Below, in pieces: positions 54,248 through 64,000 of a DNA stretch of 64,000 nucleotides. Source of the stretch: Gnetum montanum (lineage: Eukaryota > Plantae > Gnetophyta); contig MNCI01001625.1 in the NCBI GenBank assembly GCA_015680685.1, positions 217,448-281,447 of the forward strand, in the 5' to 3' direction. Within the stretch, counting starts at the first letter, position 1; the number at the start of each line of letters is the position of its first letter. The notes beneath the pieces were generated by a model that ran no database searches, was not told the origin of the DNA, and worked only from the letters and a program-made list of their open reading frames with translations. Position numbers and translations under genes: made by a program.

Positions 54248-56045
54248 TACCATATTTATAACCAAATTCATCAATATTTCTTATACAATAATAGATTCTA
54301 TGAAAAGTTATATCAAATGAATTAAATTCTTCTTATTCTCAAGTTTTTAAAGTTAAGTAAAAACTTCAATTGGTTGATTTGCTAAATTTACAATAATCTT
54401 TTATACTCATTATGGAGAAATTAATAAAGAAAATAAAATATGAAATCCCTTGGTGAATGTTAATGTAGAGGATATTATGTTGGAAGATACAACTCTAGAA
54501 AATACTATGTCTAAAATGAAGAACTGCACACATGTTCTAAAATGAAAATGCTTAAACTTTAGCAAAAGTAAGATAAAATATATGAAATGAAATTTTAATA
54601 TGTATAACCTATGGTAAAATAGACATGATAATTCAAGGCTAAAAAATCCCTTCCTACAAATAGTTCTACTACCTATAATTAATCCTCTAATTAAATGCTG
54701 AAATTGATAAAAATATAAGAAATAGAATTGAGGTAGAATAGTCAAAATGGATACATGCTAGTGGTATGCTATGTAATAAAAGAATAACAATAAAATAAAA
54801 GAGAAAATTTTATAGGATATCAATAAACTTTCTATCTTATATGGCATTGAATGTTGGATAATACAAAAGAGGCATGAATAATAAATTAGTATGATAGAAA
54901 TACAAATGCTTAGATAGATGCTAAATGTTACTAGAAGAGATTAACTACATGATACATATATTAGAGAAATATTTGGAGTGGTTCTTATTTCAGATCAGTT
55001 ACATGAATGTTAGCATAAATAGTTATAACATAGGTAAAGAAGATTAGACAATGAGCCTTGAAACACCTCAAGGAAAATTTCATGTTGTGATGTAAAGGTT
55101 TATAACCCAAATTTCCATTGTAATTTGATGAAAATATAAAGTTAGATAAAATTATATTATTTTTTCGAAAGACCCTATATTGTAGTCTTATATCAAGAGT
55201 TACAAGAGATTTCTTTATGTAAAAATGATATTTGTAGCCCACAAGCTACAAATCCAATGCATCCTAGCTTATGAACATAAAAAATGCCTCATAGGCCATA
55301 AATGTCATGTACTCTAGCTTGTGAAAGAATAAATAATATTCCACAAGCTACAAATTCTATATATGCTAGCTTGTGAAAGCTAAAAAGGCTCCATAGGCTA
55401 TAAAACTTAAAAGTTTTCTCTCATACGACGAGTAGTGTATGAAGCCAACATGTGAGACATGGGATTTAACTCCATACAATGGATGATGTAGTTCCATATG
55501 ATGGGTAACACATGATGTCAACATGTGGGACTTGGACTTTAGCTCCAGATAATGAATGATGTAGTCCCACATGATTAGTAGCATGTGAACCCAATGTGTG
55601 GGACTTGGCTTTCAGCCCACACACTATGCGGTGACCATGAAGCCATTCATAATGCTTGAAATTGTAACAGATGTGAGCATTACAGATTTAAAATCTATAA
55701 ATGCTAGATTTTAGATTATATTTAGGACTTTTGGAGAGCCATTCTAGCAGTGCTCTTTTGGAAAATATTTGGCAATATATTTTAGTAACATCTTGACAAA
55801 CTTCATACAAGACTAATTGGCAAAGTTGTAGATCAAGTTGGGAGAAAAGTTTAGGTTATGTGTAGAACACACTCCACTAGTGATGAGTTGCGAGGTACCC
55901 CTACACTCAACCATACGAATATGAGCGTAGCATGTGTGATCCAGTTGAACTCAGCAGACTAAGTGCCTACATGCCTTATGGAACACTTAAGGTTAATTAT
56001 TCATTTCTTCCAAGACTTACTTATAGTTGTCATAGTTGTCATGTA

Positions 56046-58890
56046 TGCAGGAGATGTGGAGCATTTCTCCATGTCATCACCCGATGAGTCACAGTATGTG
56101 ATGTATGAAAATTTCTTCTTCTCAATATTTCCATAAATATTTACCTTAGATATATCCAAGGAAACATCGCAAATCCCTAGGCATGCATCTATTGTACTTA
56201 GCCATGACCCTCCCATTATAATTGGAAAGTCCCCTTTGTTGCTGTTGACTTCTATCACCAAGAAATCAGCTGGGTATGACCAACCACACATAGTGATCAC
56301 GATGTCCTCCACCAATCCCAAGGGAATGATGATGGACTAGTCAGCCAGCTCTAGTTGAATGTTGTTCTTCTTTAGTTGGGGCAAGTTCCAGGCTTGATAC
56401 ATTTCTCATGAGATTAAGTTGACTTTGGAACCTAAGTCAAGAAGAGCCTTATGAGGTTTGTTCCTGGTGACTTGGACGTAGATTAAGGGACTTCCAGGGT
56501 CAAATAGTTTCCTGGGAAGATGGCCTACCTTGATCTAGTCGGTTATGGTATGTGTTAACATAACTGTATGTGTTGATCTTTGGTATTGGTTTGAAGGAAG
56601 CTTTGAAGCCTTACGTGTTGGAGGAGCATGCACAGACTCATTTGCTTGTGGTTGTGAGAGCTTGTCTAGGCTTTTGGTTTTGAAGAAAGGTATTCTCTTC
56701 TTATGATTGTTAGAGCTAGCAGCAGGTTGAAGGTTCACAACTCTCATAGCGTTATGTTGTTGTGGTTGAGTGGGGAGTTCCCCTTGCATTGTTGTAGCGA
56801 GTGGTATTGGAACTAACTGTGTGAGAGAGGCAGATGGATTTGGAGGATGGTATGGACGTGGAGCATCTCCTAGAGGATAAGGAGTCCTTCTGAAGTACTC
56901 TCAAACTTGGTAGTGAGGTTGGGGAGTTGTGTGACCCATGGATTTACTTGGAGAAACTAACTGCTGCACTTAGTAGCCATAAGGATCTGGTTTCTCATAA
57001 GGGTATTGATGTTTTGGCAGTGGCATCCCCCATGACTGTGGGTATTGCCACTCTTGATGTTGTCCGATGGGTTGTGGTGGAGTTCCACTTGGATAGTACA
57101 TTAACGGTTGGTGGAATTCCCTTGGGTTACCTTGGGTATAAGGTAACCTTCAGGGTGTCTGCCATTTATTAAGTCTCAGGTTGAGTGCATACATCCTAGA
57201 CTCTTGTAGGTGTGAGATGCTTGGACAACATCCCTTAGGATGGCTATATTGGTAGATCTCACATCCATCATCATTGTCTGTGTCTGAATCCACAACTTCA
57301 TCAGAGACAATTATTTTTCCCTTACCCTTGTTACATCTCTTCTCTTTTTCTTATCTTTTTCACTACTTTGGTCCTCCTTAGACTCTTCTACAATTTTTAG
57401 GATAGTTTCAATCTTACTATCTAAGGAGCTCCATACTTCATCTACCTTAGCCAATACTTCCATTGTTAGCTTTTGAAGCGACAAGGTTTTTCTATTCACC
57501 AACTCCTTAAGTGGTGACTCATCCTCTTCATCACAAAATCTCACTCCTCTCTTCTGGAGGGAAGGATCATGGTTATATTCTTCCATGCTCTCTCTTTTTC
57601 GTAGCTCCCCTTCTTATTTGGCTACTTGCTCCAACAATCTGTGGATTTCATGGGATCTAAGTTATGATAATCTCCTTTGGTCATAAGTCCCAAAGGTTCT
57701 CCTAGTTTCATACATTAGCCCATCTACAATGTGGTCGAGTTGATCCCACTATGCATAACCATGGCTTGGGAAACGATGTAGCAATGCATAGTAGCAGCCC
57801 ATGGTAGCATCCAAGGGTTCATGACTACCTTGCTTCCATCCTTGGATCTACTTACACAAGTTAGACACTCTGGAGTACATTTGATATTTATTTTTAAAGA
57901 GTTCTTACATCATACTCCACCTCCTAATGGTTTCCATCTCTAAGACTGGTACTAACTCTCTGCTTCCTTTATGAGTGTCCTAGGAAATAACTTCAGTTTT
58001 TGCCACTCGTTTTCTATGTTTTGTAAGACGTAGGCATCGTGGAATGCCTGTAAATGATTCTACGGATCAATGTTGTATTCCCCTTCGAACCATGGGATGT
58101 TATTCATGTCTAAGCACTTGATCCAACTATCTTTTTTATGCCTTGCTAGTATCCTCATAGCCTCCATTATATTGAGCATGCTTCGGGTGGCAAGTAGGAG
58201 TTCTTCATGATCATCTCTTTCATGACGTCTATGATGTCTATGTTGTTCCCTACTTTTCCTTCTACCATGCCCTTGTCCTCGCTCTCAACTCTCTTGTCAA
58301 GGTCTCTCATTTTTCCTACCTCTATCCTCACTGTTATGCTCTTTATGACTATGCCCAGATGTTGAAGGAGAGGGTGAATGATGTGATGAAGGGGAAGAAG
58401 AAGGAGAACCATTGCCATGATGATGTTTCCTTCCTTCTCTTTAGTGGCTTCGGCCCTGATCATGATGATGATTTGAGTGCCCGTCCTTATCATGGGTTGT
58501 TGTTCCCTCAGTGAATAGCTGGTGTTCATGGGGATCAGAACCAGTGTTGTGTATCGTGGAGTGTAGGTTTTGATACACCACATCCTCACTATTGTTAGGA
58601 TCAGGAACATCATTTGATGGAGAACCCGTTATAAGTGGTTCACCATCTCCAATTTTGCTTAGGACATGTAGGACCCCTTTTCCCTTCAACAGTGTATGGT
58701 GGCTTTCCTACCTTGAGTCCCTTAAATGTTGTGCTTCTATAGGATGATAATCCCTTCTGTCAAAATCACCTATAACGTATTCAGCATAGAGTTGTATCAT
58801 GCCTATTTGTGCCAGAGCACAGAGGAGCATGTTGGGAACTGCATGATTTGGATGTAACACTATGTTACCTTGCAAGTCTCTCCAGTGCAT
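56046..58890 (-). pseudogene. gag-pro: Athila-type gag + protease (disrupted)
   Basis: KALLDLGSKVNLIS, GLVEDIVITMCGWSYPADFLV..FPIIMGGSWLST; gag colinear with 3172-5303. Confidence 0.88.
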
Positions 58891-59189
58891 CTATTCATCC
58901 TAATGGAGGAGAAAAGTAAAATTGGGTATGTACTCATCAGGATGAGTATATACCACTCGGTATTGTTGAGGAATTGGCAAATTTTGGTTATGTGTTTTAG
59001 ACTGCCGACTGTTTCTTGTATGATCCCTAGGTGGTGTAATGCTCTTATGAGATGAAGAAGTAGACATTATGTCTTATTTGGTATGTTGATTAACCATTAT
59101 ATAGATTTTTTTAATTAATCCTAAGGTTTATTTAAGCTCCCAACGATGTGAGTGATCTCCTATGTTCTACTTAGCGCACAAACACTTAC

Positions 59190-59207
59190 TCCCCGGCAAT
59201 GGCACCA
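59190..59207 (-). other. Primer binding site, tRNA-Asp (Athila type)
   Basis: Minus strand TGGTGCCATTGCCGGGGA, close to the Athila PBS TGGCGCCGTTGCCGGGGA, 1 bp after the LTR end. Confidence 0.9.
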
Positions 59208-59208
59208 A

Positions 59209-60002
59209 TGATGAGTGGAGAGGTACCCCTACACTCAACCATACGAATACAAGCGTAGCACGTGCGATCTGGTCAAACTCCATAGACTAAGTTCCTACAC
59301 AAATTATGTAACACTTAAGGTTAATTATTCATTGTCTTCCTAGAGTTACTTGTAGTTGTCACAGTTGTATGGTTAAGTAAGTCTGAGGTATATGATTTTT
59401 ATGTCTTTTCGGTTTTATCTCCTATGCTGATAAGGTGAAGGGTGAAGAGACTAATTACTAACTTTAACTAACTAACTAAGTCTGAATTAACCTAGTGTTT
59501 GCATCTATTCCCACTTACCGTTCACACCCTGAACCAATGCAACCTTGGTTACCAAACGCTAGTCGTTGCTGAGATCACCAAGCGTAACGCACATGCTCAA
59601 AGCGATCATACTGAGGAACTTAACTAGGAGAGAAGGGTTGAGAGAGAATTAATGAACTAATAAAGAATTTAAATGATAAACAATAAATAACAGTAAATAA
59701 AATCCTATTTAGCCTATTCCATGCACTGCAAGGTTTATCCAAGAAGTTCATCTTTATTATCGTACATAAACATGTGTTCAGGTATAATATTTGCTCAAAT
59801 AAAGATCCGTTCACTTTAGAGCTCCTACTACGGGCACATGGAAAATATTCCATCTTTGGAGAGGTAAAACTGCTAAAGTTTCACTAAGGGTCTAGATCTA
59901 GATAAGAAACAAAGGGAGATTCACTTCTTATTTATAGACTTGGCGGCACACCGCAATATCACGTACACGATATCGCGGCCCATGCGATATAGTGTCCCAT
60001 CA
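59209..60002 (-). repeat. 5' LTR of the Athila-like copy
   Basis: TGATGGG...CACTCATCA; homologous to 24804-25626. Confidence 0.92.
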
Positions 60003-60509
60003 ACTAGCCATGATAAATTACAACAAATATGTTGATTTTCTCATGCTTTTAAGCCTTGATTTCTATCCTAAAATCTTCTCATCCTCACATTCATTACATT
60101 TATTATGTAATATAAGATTTATTACTCTTCCTATTTTTCCTTATTATTCTCTAATTTTATTTATCCTTGAATTTAACCTTGTGATCCCATTTTACATACT
60201 TTTGTTACATTTTTTCCTGCACTTAAACAAAGTTGATAACATCCTATTAAAGTCCCTGGGTGATTAATAAGATCATTCAAGGTGCTCCAAATCCTTTTCG
60301 AGGCTTGTGGATCTATGAGTTAAACTATCTCGTATGAAATATTTTGATTTTCTAGTGAGAAAGGTTTTCATTATTACAATTCTTAGCACTAGAAGGGGAA
60401 CCTCCACCAAGCTTCTTTACTGAAATCCATTGTGAACTTCCCCTACCTATGTTATTCTTCAATCTACAAGCTTACCTTGTTCAATGAAAGTCCATTTTGA
60501 GTTTTTTTG

Positions 60510-60975
60510 AAAGCCCGTCATGTGGGCTGAAAACCTATCATGTGGCCTTGTGTTCACCTTCATTTACAGCTTTAACATTTTCCATGGGTTTTCTTCCAAG
60601 CCCATCATGTTAGTTAGAAGCCCATTGAGTGGGCTAAAAATTCATCATGTGCATGGAAAATCTATCATATGGCCCTGTGTTCACTTTCCTTTGGAGCTTT
60701 AACATCTGACTTAGATTTTCCCAAAAGCCCATCATAAAGGCTAAAAACCCATTGTATGGATTGGAAGTCCATTGTGTATGTTGAAAGTCCATCATGTGGA
60801 CAAAGAGCCAATCATGTAGGATAAAAGTCCATCATGTGGGCTAAAAACCCATCATGTGAGCTAAAAAATCCATCATGTAAGATGAGAAAACCGTTGTGCA
60901 ACTCCATAATTAGTGTTATTCTATACCAACTTTTTCAAAGTGTGTTGGGCTTTTCTAAAATCCATCATGTAGAAC
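60510..60975 (+). repeat. ~20-bp tandem repeat AAAAGCCCATCATGTGGGCT in the 5' UTR of element D
   Basis: More than 10 degenerate copies; each unit is self-complementary (AGCCCA…TGGGCT). Confidence 0.85.
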
Positions 60976-61299
60976 TCTAAAATCCTAAAGAACCTCACCA
61001 CCATGGCCAATTAATTAGTCCACTATATTTTATGTCCTTTATCTCCACTATCCTTGTATACCATATTATCGATATCACTACTAATGAGCAATCCACTTGC
61101 ATTTATGATCTTAAAGATCCCACCATGATGAAACACAAATAGTACCTTAGAAACCTGGAACATGATCCACTGCATGGCATGGTTACTTAGGATTATTATA
61201 ACTTCATCTATGCAAAGATTAAGGTTGGCCTTCACATTCCATGCAAAGAGTTAGACTCTAAGGTGAGTTTGAGATCATTCACATGTATGGAAAGGAATA

Positions 61300-63928
61300 T
61301 AGTCCTTTCCCATATGATAAGATAGAGCTTTCCAAAGCTTATATCCACATGTTGGCTCACCTAGTAGATGATGATGAGGAAGTCCCAGTGGGTGAAAGGT
61401 CTAGCCTAGAACTTGAATGAGATGATCTAGAGGAGTTCAGGAGATACTATGAGGAAGAGGCTTAGGGACAAGAAAAATTACAAATATTTGTACCTAACTT
61501 TATGATTAATTCCTTATATAACACACAAGTAACATTTATCTCTTCCATTGAGCAAACTTCACACCGAATCTTCCAAGTCTCCTCTATATTCACACCTCTT
61601 CTATTTTTTAGCCAACCTTGTGTCTTGTGATCATCCCACAATATACCTTCCATGCCTCATCCATTCATCGCTATAGCAAGCCCCTCTTCAAGACCTCAAG
61701 TCTCGTGAACTTCTAGCATACCTATTGCTCCATTTATGTTGCAAATCCCTACACAAACATCATTCACCCTCTTTAACCCTCCCATAGTACTAGCAACTAG
61801 GCCTTATCACTAGATACCATAGTTTATCTCTCAACCTCAAGTCGTCCCACCACCTATGCAACTAACTTTGCAACCTACATAACCTACAAGAGTGCTTCAG
61901 AGCCTAGACCAAGCCTTCTAGATGATCCAAAGCCTCGCCTATAAATTAAGAAAGCTCAAAGGTAGCACCACATAGATGGTAAAATTTATGGACTTTCACC
62001 AAGATAACCTAATTAGCCCTAATGTTTCCTATATAATCCTTCGCTCTGGATGCCAACCCATCACTTCACCAAGTATAATGACAAAAGTTATCCTAATGTG
62101 CATCTCATCACCTTCTGTTCAAAATGCCTATTACTGCAAGCCTAGCCACATCTCATGTTGTGTTTCTATCTAATTTCTTTGACTAAAAAGGCACTTGATT
62201 GGTACCATGCACTAACTAGAGGATCTATCTTCTCTTTGGATAACATAATAAGTTAGTTTGTTAACCACTTTACATATAACTTAAAACCCAAAGCAATGCT
62301 AAATGGAATGCTAAAATTAATGAGATACCTAAACCCATCTTTGAAACACATCTTTTGGCAATTTTCAGGTTAGCGGTTAACAATTTCATTAAGTTTAAAC
62401 TCTATTATTTTGATTCCTAGTCCCTAAGTCAAGCCTTTTCCCAAGTGAAAAACATAGAATACACCATTGAAGCTAGCAACAATCCTATATATAACCTACA
62501 AGAACCAACATACCAAATGGAATAGGAATAAGGGTATGTTGTCATATGTAGCTATAGCAATAGTAGCTAAGAAGCGTAAAACCATAGAAAGCTAGAACAC
62601 CATGTAAAAAAAGACTTCTACCATTGCCTTTTAGTTGTTAACATTAGCTGCCACTATGTATAATCCTCATACATACAATTTTGAGTGAAAAGATAGGTCC
62701 AAGTATACTATGTTACTGGTATAAGCATTCAATCTTATTGATTAGTTACTTTAGAACAATCACAACTAGTATAAGCAATTGTCTGAGAATGCTCACAGGA
62801 CACATGATCGCTTATGTGAAATAGCCAAAGACCCTTCTATAGAAATGGAGGATGACCCAGCCTTATCTAAATTCTTTAATCTGGTTTGATCTTTCCACTA
62901 TCATCAACTCCCTAGTCATGATATCAAATTTTTCTTAGTATTAACAGATGACTTACAAAAGATGATAGAGAATGGGGAGCTAGTCCAAGATACATCTAAT
63001 CTAGTTAAGACCCACAACCAAAATATGTAGGTGTACAAAGATCCTTTGAATGCTAATAAAGATCAATTTACATTAGTAATCTTTGATGTATGTGATAAGT
63101 CAAATCTCCCTAAGGAATCATTAGTCATTTGAGTCCCTCCCATCATGAATAGACTTCTAGTTCTAGAAGTCCATTTGTGATAAGGGTACCACCACCATCA
63201 GCTCCTAGTGAATCTTTTTTCATCAAAGTATCATTTTCCCATACTAAGAAACCTATAGCTCCAACTAATCAATGTCTCCCTATGGTGGTCAACAATTCAA
63301 ATTCAACATAGGAAAACAACAAGGAGTTGCCTTCAAAAAAATGTAAAGAACTAGTGGCCAAGCGTAAGGAAAAAAGCACTAACCAACCAAAGATGTAGAA
63401 GTAAGTAGGCCCACTTTAACCATGTATTGTAATGCACAAAATTCATCTACTAGTCATCTTATGGAATATAGGCAAGAAAAGGAAAAGGAACCAAAACAAA
63501 AACTATTAAAAGATGAGGTCAAGATCCTAGGTATAATGGAGGAAGTCAATCTAACAAGACTGAGAAAACATTAGGTAATGATAAAGAATTTCTTATCATC
63601 ATGGATCAATTTAATCTCTCATTGAAATAGAAAAACACCTCATTAATTTTTTATGACTTAGTCATGACCTCCCCTACCCACTATCAAGTGTTGTTCAAGA
63701 TGCTATCTTCCATCCTAGTAAGTGAGGATACCCCACTAATGCAAAATTGATCCATTAAATAATAGTGCCACCCTCCTTCCAAAAAGAAAATGTGTTAACT
63801 ATCTTGACATTTCATAATAGTGAGGTGAAGCTCAACCCTTCAAATAGAAAAGTGTCTAAAGCCCCTCTCTTTATAACAATTAGAGTTGATCAATACAAGT
63901 TCACAGAGTACATGTTGATGATGGTGTG
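61300..63928 (+). pseudogene. gag-pro: gag-protease of element D (heavily decayed)
   Basis: MDFHQDNLI, KALDWYHAL, FHYHQLPSHDI, LFITIRVDQY...VHVDDG; homologous to 7900-10000. Start coordinate approximate. Confidence 0.8.
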
Positions 63929-64000
63929 TGATGAGTGGCGAGGTACCCCTACACTCAACCATACGAATACAAGTGTGCACGCATGATCCGGTCGAACTCC
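63929..64000 (-). repeat. End of a third Athila-like LTR, running off the right edge
   Basis: TGATGAGTGGCGAGGTACCCCTACACTCAACCATACGAATAC is nearly identical to 55881 and 59209. Confidence 0.9.

Larger units (their letters stand above)
55881..60002 (-). mobile_element. Second copy of the Athila-like gag-protease element, inserted in the LTR of element D, with an internal deletion
   Basis: TSD ACTAG (55876-55880 and 60003-60007); 5' LTR 59209-60002; only ~165 bp of the 3' LTR remains (55881-~56045). Confidence 0.92.
55059..63928 (+). mobile_element. Element D: 5' part of another Tat element (LTR, PBS, gag, protease) with two nested Athila-like insertions
   Basis: LTR starts TGAAACACC (55059) and ends TTTTCATTATTACA (60378), followed by a PBS-like TTAGCACTAGAAGGGG. 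Gag core FLISLTKKALDWYHALTRGSI (~62160); protease VHVDDG at ~63908. Confidence 0.8.

Noticed and set aside
54250-55058. AT-rich stretch with small ORFs
   Set aside because: No recognisable domain, termini or repeat structure; left unassigned.

Overview
Plant-type eukaryotic repeat DNA with no host gene, RNA gene or CRISPR. The window is a deep nest of decayed Ty3/Gypsy LTR retrotransposons, with many C>T/G>A-derived stops and four N gaps. Reconstructed nesting: a CRM/chromovirus-like remnant (from 51922) hosts Tat element C (36207-51921). C hosts a 3-kb solo LTR (47025-50080, TSD GAATG) and Tat element B (25627-36206). B hosts a gag-protease-only Athila-like element (3172-5303 + 21955-25626), which hosts a full-length 16.6-kb Tat element A (5304-21949, TSD CCCAC) and an inverted, younger Tat element (1-3171). 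On the right, a further Tat element D (55059 to window end) carries two more copies of the Athila-like family (55881-60002, TSD ACTAG; and from 63929). Main discovery: in these Tat elements gag-protease is separated from RT-RH-aRH-INT by a multi-kb spacer holding a spliced, multi-exon ANTISENSE gene. Its reconstructed protein has an FCP1/NIF-type (HAD) phosphatase-like domain with degenerate catalytic motifs, then a plant-mobile-domain-like region and a coiled-coil tail. Exon boundaries and intron phases are conserved between strongly diverged copies (A vs B/C). Arrays of small covarying hairpins (4-bp stem, 11-nt loop ending AAAC) flank the pol cassette. Domain calls are by eye from remembered family motifs and need HMM or structure confirmation.
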